From a virus (lineage: Duplodnaviria > Caudoviricetes), in IMG/VR virus record IMGVR_UViG_3300048599_000739, positions 1 to 45,600 of that record: DNA of 45,600 bases, one strand, 5' to 3'. The notes below the pieces were generated by a model, which worked only from the letters and a program-made list of their open reading frames with translations, was not told where the DNA came from and searched no databases. How positions within the stretch are numbered: the first letter of the stretch is position 1; every line of letters starts with the position of its first letter. The position numbers and the translations under genes were made by a program. Shown piece by piece: positions 26,490-35,766 of this stretch.

Positions 26490-27886
26490 ACTGCCGGCTC
26501 GCCTTCCGTCTGCTCAACAGGCAGCCCCGTCACCGGATCGATCTCCTGCTCCGGCTCCACGCCCTCCTGATCCTTGGCGATCTCTTCCTCTTCGTCCTCG
26601 AATGATCTCTCTGCGCTGATCAACTCGCCGCGTTGCAGGTTTTCGAAGAGCGACAGCTTGGACATCGCACCGGCCTGCCAGACCTTGACCAGGTTCAATG
26701 CCGCCTGCGGGTCCATCAACTGATCGACAAATTGCAGGTTCGGCGTGACGATCACCTCATCAGGATTTGCCCCGATGATCGTCGCAACGTAGCGCAGCGC
26801 CTTTTCCAGCCCCGCAGCGCTGGCCTGACTGATCGTGGTGAGCGTTGCGGTCTGAGCCGTGTAGCGAAGCCTGAGCGCGTCTCCGCTCTCTGCCGTGCGC
26901 TTCTCGCTATCGAGCAACCGTGCACCTGCGGCGATAGCGTTCTGTTTTTCAGCCGCCAGCGCACGCTCGTGAGCCTGAATGCCTGTCCCTGACGGCCCGA
27001 CATACTTAAAATCGGGCGTCATGTTCGGCTCGCCCTTGAGCACCAGAACAACGCCAGCACCGACAGCATCCGGCGCATCGCCATTGATGACCGTGGCGGT
27101 TTCCTGCCCTGTCATGAACAGCTGCCAGCGATAGTCCGCCGATAGCTGGTACTGAGCGATGACGGATCGCGCCACTCCGATAAGCGGCGGTTCTTCGGGC
27201 GATACGGCCAAGTCCTTCGCGCCGATCACCACGAATGGAATTTCGGTCAGGGCTTTCCCGCCGCGCGCCTGTAATTCGTCGGGCTGCTTCTCGTCAGGTG
27301 TGGTGCCTGTATAGGTCTCGACCTTGTAACGCGCGCCGTCCAGCGTCAGGACGCGGTAGCGCTGCTCATCGGTCCATTCGAACCCGTTGCGGACCGGCGC
27401 GCTTTCATCCAGCACGTAGAAGTCGCGATCATCGGACCAGTTGATCAATGCCTCTGCGGTGTAACCCGCCAGATACGGTAGCCCCGCCGCTTCCTGTGAA
27501 CCCGTCACCAACAGGCTGTAGCGGCCCATCAGCAGCAGATCGGACGTGATGCGACGGTGCAACGCCTCAAGCGTCAAACCGTCCTTGGTGGCCCTTTCCC
27601 ACAGCCCCTGCATCGCATCGGGCATTTCGATCTTGGATTCGACGCGATGGATCACACCGACCATACCGGCGAGCGTCTGCGCCACGGTATCCGGCACCTG
27701 AGCGCGGGTCTGATAGATCGCGTAGTAGCCGACGCCCTTGTCGTCCTGAGTTCTGAACCCGGATGGCATGGGCAGATAGGTTTCGCCCGCCTCCTTGACG
27801 GACTTTTCACCTCTGGCGCAGTCGCGCATCAAGCGCCACTCGTCGGCTCGATCCGAATACTCTGGATGCTTTGAATCGACCGCCAT
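26486..27886 (-). CDS. Portal protein (DUF4055-like)
   Basis: HPEY, YLP, Y..RA, INW, IPFV and ESG.AL motifs; follows the terminase. Confidence 0.9.
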   Translation of the reverse strand: MAVDSKHPEYSDRADEWRLMRDCARGEKSVKEAGETYLPMPSGFRTQDDKGVGYYAIYQTRAQVPDTVAQTLAGMVGVIHRVESKIEMPDAMQGLWERATKDGLTLEALHRRITSDLLLMGRYSLLVTGSQEAAGLPYLAGYTAEALINWSDDRDFYVLDESAPVRNGFEWTDEQRYRVLTLDGARYKVETYTGTTPDEKQPDELQARGGKALTEIPFVVIGAKDLAVSPEEPPLIGVARSVIAQYQLSADYRWQLFMTGQETATVINGDAPDAVGAGVVLVLKGEPNMTPDFKYVGPSGTGIQAHERALAAEKQNAIAAGARLLDSEKRTAESGDALRLRYTAQTATLTTISQASAAGLEKALRYVATIIGANPDEVIVTPNLQFVDQLMDPQAALNLVKVWQAGAMSKLSLFENLQRGELISAERSFEDEEEEIAKDQEGVEPEQEIDPVTGLPVEQTEGEPAV

Positions 27887-29224
27887 TTAGATCAATCCTT
27901 TAACGGTCGTGGTCTTCGTTTCTGGATTACCCAGCATCAGCGACGTCAGCGCCCACACCAGCGCGTCGATCCGGTCAGGCGACGGCTGATCGCCCAGCGG
28001 CTCCCACGTACACATCTGATCTTCAAGTTCGGCAAATTGGCCGGCGTGGCTGATACGGTTTTGCTCGTAGAGCGCCGCGATCGGCTCCGCTCTCGCATTC
28101 TTTCCCCGCGTGGCATGCACAATCGTCACCGGGACATTGGAGCGGACGCTGTGCAGCGTGTGCCTAACCAGATCGCCGCCCTGGTTGCCTTCCGCGACGA
28201 TCCGGTCCGCCTTGAGGCTATCGAACTGTTCAATTGCCTTCCGCGCCCATTGGTCCGGCGAATATCTGCCCGACGAATCCGCCAGCACGTAACCGCGCCC
28301 GTCAACGCCCAGAGCCGCCGCTATGATGCCCGTCAAGTTGCTCTCGGCCTTTGCCGTCACGGCCGGGTCGATCGCCACTACGACCCGTTTAAACTCTGGC
28401 AATGAACCTTTCAGTCTTGCTCGCTCGATCGTCTCCCGATTCCAGAGCGCGCCCTCTGCCTCTTCGAGGAGTTCGCCGGCCAATTCCTGTCGACCGAGGC
28501 GCGTCCCTTCGTACTTCTTGACGATCTGAGCCAAAAAAGCGTCGGCAAGGTTCGCCTTGTTCGAATGCGTCGTGGCTCGCGTCACTTCCGTGGTCGGGTC
28601 GCGGAGCAAAGCCCTGAGCAAGGGAATCGGCTTCGGCGTGGTCGAAACCATCACCTGCGGATTGGTCCCGAGACGAAGGCCGAACATGGCCATGTCCCAG
28701 GTGTCCTGAGCGTTCTTCCAAGCCGCCAGCTCGTCGGCCCAGATCGCGTCGTGCTGCGGACCACGGAGGCGTTCCGGCTCCTCCGCCGAGAATAGCGTGG
28801 CCATCGCTCCGTTGCCCCATGTCAGGCGCCGCTTGGACGGCTCATAGCTTGGCAAGCCCATCAGCTTGCCGGTTCGGTCCTTATCATGCTGCCATGAAAC
28901 CGATAGTATGCCTGAAGTCCCTTCAACCATGACGTCGCGGGCGTCGGCGCTGGTCGGCGCGATCAATGCAAGGCGCTGATATCCAGCCTTGACCTTGGCC
29001 CTGATCCACTCCCCGCCTGCTCTGGTCTTCCCAGCACCGCGCCCCGCCAAGAACAACCAGGTCCGCCAGTCCCCGGGCGGCGGAAGTTGGTCGGGCCGGG
29101 CCAGAAATTCCCAATCGTGCAGTAGCTGCTCGGCCTCAACGTCACTGAGACTCGCCAGTGCTTCCGCTATCTGATCCGCCGGCAGCGTGGCGAGAGAGGA
29201 TATGTGCAAGGCGTTCCTTTGCAT
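27887..29224 (-). CDS. terL: Terminase large subunit; start uncertain (about 29224)
   Basis: AGRGAGKT Walker A, LRGPQHD, WADE Walker B, TTPKP, AIDPA and SPDRIDA motifs. Confidence 0.95.
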   Translation of the reverse strand: MQRNALHISSLATLPADQIAEALASLSDVEAEQLLHDWEFLARPDQLPPPGDWRTWLFLAGRGAGKTRAGGEWIRAKVKAGYQRLALIAPTSADARDVMVEGTSGILSVSWQHDKDRTGKLMGLPSYEPSKRRLTWGNGAMATLFSAEEPERLRGPQHDAIWADELAAWKNAQDTWDMAMFGLRLGTNPQVMVSTTPKPIPLLRALLRDPTTEVTRATTHSNKANLADAFLAQIVKKYEGTRLGRQELAGELLEEAEGALWNRETIERARLKGSLPEFKRVVVAIDPAVTAKAESNLTGIIAAALGVDGRGYVLADSSGRYSPDQWARKAIEQFDSLKADRIVAEGNQGGDLVRHTLHSVRSNVPVTIVHATRGKNARAEPIAALYEQNRISHAGQFAELEDQMCTWEPLGDQPSPDRIDALVWALTSLMLGNPETKTTTVKGLI

Positions 29225-29540
29225 CCGATATCTCGATTGGCCCGCCGCCCTTGCCCATGTGTTCGACCGCGGCGAGACGCGCATGACAATACGGAGCGGC
29301 GTCTTTCGCAAACTCCTTGCCAGCGGCATAAGCGGCGGCGATCTTGGCCTGATCCGCGCCAGCGCCCTTTGCTATCTCGTCCTCGATCTGCGCTTGATAG
29401 AAGCCCATACCGTTCAATAGGAACGTCTTGGGCTCGATCCCTGCAATCCGAATAGCAAGGGCTCGGTTGGCCTTCGCCTTGTTCTGGGTGCCCTTCTGGC
29501 GGCCACCACGGCGCTCTCCGGGCTTTGCACCTCTGGGCAT
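29142..29540 (-). CDS. terS: Terminase small subunit
   Basis: GERRGGRQKGT.NK and AKDAAPYCHARL motifs; upstream of terL. Confidence 0.8.
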   Translation of the reverse strand: MPRGAKPGERRGGRQKGTQNKAKANRALAIRIAGIEPKTFLLNGMGFYQAQIEDEIAKGAGADQAKIAAAYAAGKEFAKDAAPYCHARLAAVEHMGKGGGPIEISDAKERLAHILSRHAAGGSDSGSTGESQ

Positions 29541-29628
29541 CTACTTTTCACTATTCTTTGCTATTTAAGCGTGGCGGGCGGCAGTAGCTCATCGGCCTGC
29601 CGCTACCTCATCTCAACCGCCACGTACT

Positions 29629-29704
29629 TGGTGCCCTAGCGAGGATTCGAACCCCGGACCCGCTGCTTACAAGGCAGCCGCTCTACCAACTGAGCTACAC
29701 GGGC
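29629..29704 (-). tRNA. tRNA-Thr(UGU), 76 nt, CCA encoded, two acceptor-stem mismatches
   Basis: GCCCGTG TA GCTC AGTTGGTA GAGC G GCTGC CTTGTAA GCAGC GGGTC CGGGG TTCGAAT CCTCG CTAGGGC A CCA. Confidence 0.85.
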
Positions 29705-29943
29705 GTGAAGTCGAGATAGTACGCCTTGCCAATCTCGAATTGATCGATGGCGGACGGGTTGGTGATCGTGATGGTCAGATGCCCCGAAGGTGTCCACTTC
29801 GACCACGACTTGTTGGTGCCTTCGGCGTCACCGTCGGCATAGGTTCCGAATACCGGCTTCATCGTGACTGTGGCATATTGATCGGTGCCCGGCACATCGT
29901 TGTGCTGGATATTCTCGACAAAGAACTTCGCTCGGACCGTCAT
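29695..29943 (-). CDS. Conserved hypothetical phage protein
   Basis: MTVRAKF...WTPSG...NP.A...YYLDFTP; AGGAG RBS before ATG 29943. Confidence 0.8.
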   Translation of the reverse strand: MTVRAKFFVENIQHNDVPGTDQYATVTMKPVFGTYADGDAEGTNKSWSKWTPSGHLTITITNPSAIDQFEIGKAYYLDFTPV

Positions 29944-29978
29944 CGGCCTTCTCCTGCTTGTTGGGTGCATCTAGCACC

Positions 29979-30215
29979 GGGTGCCCATTCGGGCGGAAAC
30001 TGGTTATGGGGCTTGCAGACCCCGGACGATGTTTCGCCCCATCGCCTTACAGCGGGCTAGTGCTGGGCTGCTTACAGGCTTCCATGCGTTCTGCCATGGC
30101 TGACCCTTTTCATGGCTTCTGCCGACCGGGCACGTGGCTCCCCGGCAAGCGCCGCTCTGCTGTGTGCGGGGGCCGTTGACCGTGCCGTTGCCACGGCAGT
30201 CACGGGCGGGCACCC
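29979..30215 (-). ncRNA. Candidate structured RNA of about 240 nt
   Basis: Closing stem GGGTGCCC/GGGCACCC encloses at least five hairpins; no credible ORF. Confidence 0.4.
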
Positions 30216-30225
30216 CTGTGTGAAA

Positions 30226-30414
30226 CTAGTTGCGGGAGCCGTAGAGCTTTCCCGCGATATTCCGCAGGAACTGCCGATCCCATTCGGTGAGCCGGTGATC
30301 GTCCAGCCTTGCGACCACAATCCCCTGATCCCGGAACGCATTCCGCTTCACCGCCTCATAGTCGATTGCCCGGCCCATTGATTGGGTCGGGTAGTTGGTG
30401 GCGAGGCGCTGCAT
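30226..30414 (-). CDS. Small hypothetical protein
   Basis: TAATG coupling with the upstream gene. Confidence 0.6.
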   Translation of the reverse strand: MQRLATNYPTQSMGRAIDYEAVKRNAFRDQGIVVARLDDHRLTEWDRQFLRNIAGKLYGSRN

Positions 30415-31076
30415 TAGGCGGCTTCCGATTTCTTGCACGGCATCCCGGCCTCAGCCTTGCGGCGCTTTCGGGCTTCCCGTTCGGCCTGCTTCGCCGCCCA
30501 GCTAAAATCTCGCATGTCTGGTTGATCTGCGCTGGTCGATCCGTCGTTCCAGGATCGAGGGGATTGCGCTTCCGGCAATTCGTTCAGCGTGCACGGAATA
30601 AGTCCCACGGGCGGGAGAGTTGTGCAATCCGGTATATTGCCGTTGCGGCTCAAGGAATTAGGATCGTTGACCACTTTGGCCGAAATTCGCGCGAATAGGC
30701 GCTTGAGGCGGTTGTTGGCCGTATCCCGCGACCATCCTTTCTTCCGGCAGATGGCAGAGAACGATCTTCCACCCGCTTTGCTGAAAGCCCAGAACCATAC
30801 AAGCCTACGCTCGTATTCCGTGTCCAGATATTCGGCGGTCCAGACTAGCAGGACTTCCTCGTATCGGCTGATCGCGGCGGCTGATGGCGGCAGCCGACGA
30901 AATCGCATCTCCCGTTCTTCCGCAAGGCGCGCCGAACCCCATCCGGCCTTATCCTCGAATGAGGCTTGGTACTCTGGCCAGTATCCGAGTTTGGTTGAAG
31001 GCCCCAGCCTCTCGCGCGGAGACCGACGCTCCACGTCGGCGGCTTCAATGAAGCGGTCCTTGATATGATCGATCAT
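30414..31076 (-). CDS. DUF6362-like putative late transcription regulator
   Basis: RFIEAA, WPEY, PS.AAISR.EE motifs and an HTH; position equivalent to lambda Q. Confidence 0.7.
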   Translation of the reverse strand: MIDHIKDRFIEAADVERRSPRERLGPSTKLGYWPEYQASFEDKAGWGSARLAEEREMRFRRLPPSAAAISRYEEVLLVWTAEYLDTEYERRLVWFWAFSKAGGRSFSAICRKKGWSRDTANNRLKRLFARISAKVVNDPNSLSRNGNIPDCTTLPPVGLIPCTLNELPEAQSPRSWNDGSTSADQPDMRDFSWAAKQAEREARKRRKAEAGMPCKKSEAA

Positions 31077-31498
31077 AGCAGCCTCTCCATTTCTTCCGGC
31101 GCGAACACCGCCCCGAGTTCCTTGAGCAGCATGGTTGCGATCGTGGCGTGAGCCGGGACTACGCCCTTATTAGCCTTGGATCGTTCGTACATCTCCGCCA
31201 GATCAGCCTTGTCCATGACGGCAAGGAATCCGCTGGCGTCGTTTTCATACCAGCGCGGATGCTTTGACATGATACCAGATACCGCCTTGATGACGGGAGC
31301 CATCAGCATGTGTTTGGTGTTTTCGCTTTCCGTCAGAACGGTCAGCACATCGCGCAAATGCGCCTCGCCGTGGTCCGACAGTATCCGCTCCAGTGTCGCA
31401 CCCGCCGCCGTCTGCAAAGGAGTGAACGGGCGATGCTGTGCTGGATGCACAACGGTGATGCCGAAGTCCTTGCAGATATTGGCGAGGGCTGGGGTCAT
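31073..31498 (-). CDS. Conserved hypothetical protein
   Basis: ATGA overlaps at both ends; HGE.HLR.VL..L.E motif. Confidence 0.75.
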   Translation of the reverse strand: MTPALANICKDFGITVVHPAQHRPFTPLQTAAGATLERILSDHGEAHLRDVLTVLTESENTKHMLMAPVIKAVSGIMSKHPRWYENDASGFLAVMDKADLAEMYERSKANKGVVPAHATIATMLLKELGAVFAPEEMERLL

Positions 31499-33018
31499 GC
31501 CGACAACAAATCCCCCTCATCCGCCGCGTTCAGCAGTTCATACCGGCTCGTCTCACGGTCGAAACGCATCCGAACCGCGCCTTTTTCGCCCGTTCCTTCG
31601 AAGCGGACCTTTTTGACGTAGATCATGGTTTCGTCGCTGTGAGCGTCGGGCCGGTCGATGATGATTCCGAGGTCCGGCTTGTTAAACCACGCACTGGAAT
31701 CAGCAATATCGTAGAGTGTTGGGACGCGGGACTTGCCGTCCTTGGCGACGTCCTTTGTCGGATGAGCCACGACGAACACCGCAAGACCGTATCGCTGCCC
31801 GAACTTCTTAAGTTGCCGCAGCGCTCGGTTGACGTACTCCGTCATAGATTCCCGCTGGTCCTTGGCGTGTTCGACTTCGTTCCAAGGATCGATCACCAGC
31901 ACCCGGACGCCATGTCTCAAGACGGCATCGGCGGCGCGCTCCAATATCCATTCGAGGGTGATGTCGTCGTCGTCGTTTTGCGTGTCGTGGTCGATGAACA
32001 CGAAATTCTCACCAATCCAGCGATCCACATTGGCGAGGCGATCCTTGCCCATTTGATCGACAGGCGAGCGTCCAGCGATCCGGCGCATCTTATCCCGCAA
32101 GTGAGGAACGATTGGCATTTCCGGCGAGAACACCGCTGATTTCCAACCGTGCATTTCCGCCATGTTGATCAGCAGGTTCGTCAGCCACGTCGATTTGCCA
32201 GAACCAGGAAGGCCGGAGATCACCGTGAAGCTCGGAGCGAACATCTGGAACAGCGTGTCCACGATGGGCCATCCCGTGCCATACGTGGCGATCTGCGGCG
32301 CATCGGGATAATCCGCGAGGGTATAGACGCCCTTCACCGGGTAGTGCTGAGCGCCGTTTAGGACGGCACTGACGGCCTCTACGCCGTGGCGCATCAGGAC
32401 ATCGTTCAAATCCTTGCAGCCCTCAGGATACGTCACGAAGAGGCAGCGAGAGGCACTGAGACGGCGGACAAGTTCTGCGGCCAATCGTTGACCCGGAGGA
32501 TCGTTATCGACTGCGAGGATGAACCGCTTGATCCGTTTTAGCCGATCACGGTTGTTCCAGAGAAACTGAAATTTCCCCGTTTCATCGTTAGTAGCGTCGG
32601 CTGTAGCAGTTGGGCTGCTCGGCTCAACCGCAGGCGGCGCGCCATCCGGCACAGATACCGCAAGAGGAAAGCCGCAATCGATCGCCGTAAGCATATCGAT
32701 CTCGCCTTCCGTCACCACCAGCGCCATCCGGCCATCTTCAAGCGCGGGATCGTCGAGAGCATCGGCGTTGAAGAATGTCTTTTTGCCGCCCTTGCTCTGC
32801 CAAAACTTCTTGCCCGGCGCTCGATACTTCTCGTTGACCGTGACGCCGTGTTCTTCGAATGGAAAAACAACGATATTCCCATTCACGTCCGGGACGACCT
32901 CGCCGCTCTCGCTACGGGCCGTATACAGACCGAAGCGAACGACTGTTTCTGGATTTAGTCCCCTGCCCTCGATAGCCTTCATGCCGATGGGGCCGAGTAT
33001 CTTTGCGCTTGTCGTCAT
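31495..33018 (-). CDS. Twinkle/T7 gp4-like TOPRIM primase-SF4 helicase lacking its N-terminal Zn domain
   Basis: VTEGEID, DND, KDLND, GLPGSGKS, LVIDPWN and VAHP motifs. Confidence 0.9.
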   Translation of the reverse strand: MTTSAKILGPIGMKAIEGRGLNPETVVRFGLYTARSESGEVVPDVNGNIVVFPFEEHGVTVNEKYRAPGKKFWQSKGGKKTFFNADALDDPALEDGRMALVVTEGEIDMLTAIDCGFPLAVSVPDGAPPAVEPSSPTATADATNDETGKFQFLWNNRDRLKRIKRFILAVDNDPPGQRLAAELVRRLSASRCLFVTYPEGCKDLNDVLMRHGVEAVSAVLNGAQHYPVKGVYTLADYPDAPQIATYGTGWPIVDTLFQMFAPSFTVISGLPGSGKSTWLTNLLINMAEMHGWKSAVFSPEMPIVPHLRDKMRRIAGRSPVDQMGKDRLANVDRWIGENFVFIDHDTQNDDDDITLEWILERAADAVLRHGVRVLVIDPWNEVEHAKDQRESMTEYVNRALRQLKKFGQRYGLAVFVVAHPTKDVAKDGKSRVPTLYDIADSSAWFNKPDLGIIIDRPDAHSDETMIYVKKVRFEGTGEKGAVRMRFDRETSRYELLNAADEGDLLSA

Positions 33019-33229
33019 AGTAGAAGCCGCCCTTGAAGTCGCAGTTGAAGCAATAGAACTGGACGCCATCACTCATTGATTTTACCGAGAGACACCTCTT
33101 TCGGCGGTTCGCCGGTTTACGTTTGTCGCTGCAAACCGGGCAACGAAACGTCTTGCTGCCGATGAAGTTCTGCGGATAGCACCCGACGTTTGCGAACAGC
33201 CGAACGGTGCGTTCGCGGTCCTCTTTCAT
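32912..33229 (-). CDS. Primase-type zinc-binding domain as a separate ORF
   Basis: CPVCS..RK....RCLSV......YCFNCDFKG. Confidence 0.75.
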   Translation of the reverse strand: MKEDRERTVRLFANVGCYPQNFIGSKTFRCPVCSDKRKPANRRKRCLSVKSMSDGVQFYCFNCDFKGGFYYDDKRKDTRPHRHEGYRGQGTKSRNSRSLRSVYGP

Positions 33230-33618
33230 ATCCGCCCGTCCATCCCGTCATTCGGCGGGCGCACGGTCGGAGCCGTTCCGTTAAACCGCGCCTGATTGAG
33301 CACCCACGTCTGCCAAGCCTGATCCCACGATGCGAATACGCTGCCCTTTGCGCCGTGGTGCGACTTGAACCGTTCGAACTGATACTCGGCAGCGCGACCG
33401 GCAATCCCGCGCTCGGCGGCAAACGCTTTGTGCTTTTCGGTCATGAGGAACGGGTCCGGCATCGGGCGAACAGGCTTTTTGCCTCTCACCGCTCGTTCGG
33501 TGTTCACGTCGAACAAATCGGCTTTCGGCTTCACCGCCTTTGGCTTTGGCTGTGACGCCTCAACCGCGACCGCGATGCGCTCAAGCAGGGCCAAACACCG
33601 CTCCTCAAATTCAGTCAT
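33226..33618 (-). CDS. Replication-associated protein (DnaT/replisome-organiser-like C-terminus)
   Basis: FERFKSHH......SWDQAWQTWV motif; ATGA coupling. Confidence 0.6.
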   Translation of the reverse strand: MTEFEERCLALLERIAVAVEASQPKPKAVKPKADLFDVNTERAVRGKKPVRPMPDPFLMTEKHKAFAAERGIAGRAAEYQFERFKSHHGAKGSVFASWDQAWQTWVLNQARFNGTAPTVRPPNDGMDGRI

Positions 33619-34316
33619 CGTAGGCCGCGCCTCGCCAATTCGATCTTGGCACCATGCCGCCAGTCGGACTCCATTTGGTGCTGTCCATCACGAAGCCATT
33701 GCAGGTAGTCGGCCGGGATATCCTTCCATAGGGAGCCGCGATGCTTCCCGAATGTGATCTTCGGATAGACTTTCGGCTCAGACGTCCACGCGATCATCTG
33801 ATCCACGGACGCGACCTTGAGCAATTCCCGCAGCAGCCACGCCGTCACATAGGCGTCGGGACCGGCGCGATGCGCTAGGCTGGCGAACGAACGATCAAAC
33901 CCGTTCATTCCATCGAGGCCGCGCCAGTAACGGAGAACCTGATTGCCGTGCCCCGGCGCGTCCGGCCACGCCCGCAACGCGGCCTTGTATGTGCAAATCC
34001 AGTTGCCACCCTGCGGAGCCGGAACGTAGCCGCTTTCAAATTCAGCATTGTGTGCCGCCAGCACGGTCGGCTGCCCTGCCCCGAAGTAGTTCGCCCATAC
34101 CGCGCCGATCTGCGGAGCCGTCGCCAAATCGGCGGCGATGATGTGATGCACCGCCGACGCATCAGGCGGAATGTCCCGACCGGGATTGACCAGATGCGAG
34201 CCGACAAACACGATCTCGCCGTTCTCGTGAAGATCGACGGCGGCCACCTCGATGATGCGATGATCCTTTGGGTCAATTCCCGTCGTCTCAAGATCGATAA
34301 TTCTGATAGTCGTCAT
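33615..34316 (-). CDS. DEDDh 3'-5' exonuclease (ExoX-like)
   Basis: IDLETTG, AHNAEFE and HRA.PDA motifs; C-terminal FGKHRG..W.DIP.DYL.W. Confidence 0.9.
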   Translation of the reverse strand: MTTIRIIDLETTGIDPKDHRIIEVAAVDLHENGEIVFVGSHLVNPGRDIPPDASAVHHIIAADLATAPQIGAVWANYFGAGQPTVLAAHNAEFESGYVPAPQGGNWICTYKAALRAWPDAPGHGNQVLRYWRGLDGMNGFDRSFASLAHRAGPDAYVTAWLLRELLKVASVDQMIAWTSEPKVYPKITFGKHRGSLWKDIPADYLQWLRDGQHQMESDWRHGAKIELARRGLR

Positions 34317-34810
34317 TTCGCCCCCTGTTGGATTCGAAGCTCACCATTGAGCCACCACGCCACGCCTATTGCATCGCTGGCGTCAGTCGATTTCAACCCC
34401 GGCACGATTTTCTGAGCCAGAGCCAACACATCCTCTTTCGATGCCCTACCGTTCCCCGTGAAGGCCTTCCGCCAACTCGCTTGGTTCACCTCGCGGCAAT
34501 CAATCCCGAGTCGGGCGCAAGTCTCGACCGCATGGGCGCGAAGCCCGTAGAGACGGAGATAAGTGGACATCTGGGATTTGATCGAAAGCTCTCCGTCCTT
34601 GTCGATCGATGGGGTTCGCAAGGGCTGCTCAACCGCAACGGACTGGACGCGGTACTGAATGAGAGTTTTCCGCAGCCACTTACGGAACGTGAAGAAAATC
34701 TCCCCGTCATTCGCCCCGGCGGCTCGATAGGCTTCGACGTGCAGGACACGCGCCCCATCAAGGACCGCGCATCCCGAACACGTTGCCAGATCGAGCCCCG
34801 CTACGATCAT
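34313..34810 (-). CDS. RuvC-like Holliday junction resolvase
   Basis: GLDLAT.SG, VAVEQP, WRK.FTGNGRASK and DASDAIG motifs. Confidence 0.85.
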   Translation of the reverse strand: MIVAGLDLATCSGCAVLDGARVLHVEAYRAAGANDGEIFFTFRKWLRKTLIQYRVQSVAVEQPLRTPSIDKDGELSIKSQMSTYLRLYGLRAHAVETCARLGIDCREVNQASWRKAFTGNGRASKEDVLALAQKIVPGLKSTDASDAIGVAWWLNGELRIQQGAK

Positions 34811-34812
34811 GC

Positions 34813-35364
34813 TCAGTCCTCGTCACCGTCGTCGTCGGCTTCATCGTCCTCGGCTTCCGCCGCAGTCTTCGCTTCCAGTTTCTTGAACGCGGATGCGATA
34901 TTTGCCTGCCCCTGATGCCAGCCCTTGATCCAATCCTGATCGTCTGCCGTTCCGGGGCCGTATGGCGACTTGCAAGTCTCGCCAGACGCGCCCGCGCTCT
35001 CGCCTGCCGCAAATGCATCGGCACTTGGAACTGCATCCAGAGGCAATTCCGGCTGCGTCCCGATGGGATGGTTCAGGAACCTCGCAACTTCCTGTTCAGC
35101 ACGGCGCTGTTCGATGATCGCATCATCCTCGTCCTTTCGGAGCCGGAGCGCGAAGTCGATCACCTTGGGCTTGAAGCCGTGAGAGACGAGACGTTTCCGA
35201 GACGTTCGGATCAGCGCGACGACGCGATCCTTTTCCTCAATGTGCTTCTCGATCTCGGCCAAGCCTTGAACGAGCAACGCCCGCTTTTCGGATTCGGTGA
35301 GTTCGAATCCGTTGGAAATCGGTTCAGGGTTTGTCGTGACGGCTGCTAGCTTGGGTCGTGCCAC
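34813..35364 (-). CDS. GapR/DUF2312-like DNA-binding domain with an RMF-like motif and acidic tail
   Basis: IEKHIEEK...GFKPKVI...LRLRK; G..AG.SG....PY......W.KGW. Confidence 0.55.
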   Translation of the reverse strand: MARPKLAAVTTNPEPISNGFELTESEKRALLVQGLAEIEKHIEEKDRVVALIRTSRKRLVSHGFKPKVIDFALRLRKDEDDAIIEQRRAEQEVARFLNHPIGTQPELPLDAVPSADAFAAGESAGASGETCKSPYGPGTADDQDWIKGWHQGQANIASAFKKLEAKTAAEAEDDEADDDGDED

Positions 35365-35373
35365 TTGAGCCTC

Positions 35374-35766
35374 CTATGCTGCGGATGAATAACCAAGTCG
35401 GACTGAGAGCGATTTCGGATTGAGAAAGAACACCGGCTTATTCGCCGTCTGAAACGTCTCGATCTCGTGTCGGATGCCATAGGAGACTTCCCAGCCATCC
35501 ATCATCGCGACGATCATGGCGTCCGACTTCGCCATCATGGCCGCGTCGTATGCGAGCCAGAATTGATGATCGAGAGGATCAATCTGTCCGTGGATGGCGA
35601 TGGGATGCGTATGCGCTATCGGCGAATATGCCTTGAGCCCTTTGTGCAATAGCGCACCCATGAGGCTGCAAACGTCAGCAAATGCCGCTTCAATGCCAGC
35701 GGGATACTTGGTGTACGGGCTACCGACATAGATGAGATCGTAGCCGGTCAGGTCGGATAATTTCAT
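35374..35766 (-). CDS. DUF1937/nucleoside 2-deoxyribosyltransferase-fold protein
   Basis: IYVGSPYT, YSPIAHTH, W...D and GW..S.GI..E motifs. Confidence 0.8.
   Translation of the reverse strand: MKLSDLTGYDLIYVGSPYTKYPAGIEAAFADVCSLMGALLHKGLKAYSPIAHTHPIAIHGQIDPLDHQFWLAYDAAMMAKSDAMIVAMMDGWEVSYGIRHEIETFQTANKPVFFLNPKSLSVRLGYSSAA

Noticed and set aside
29585-29600. Hammerhead-like CCGATGAG on the minus strand
   Set aside because: Core should be CUGANGA, and no GAAA partner strand is present
29629-29704. tRNA as an attL/attR integration site
   Set aside because: Phage genes continue on both sides, no duplicated 3' fragment was seen and no integrase is adjacent
34313-34810. RuvC protein as TnpB/Cas12-like
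   Set aside because: Only 165 aa, plain resolvase motifs, in a replication operon, no Zn ribbon or array
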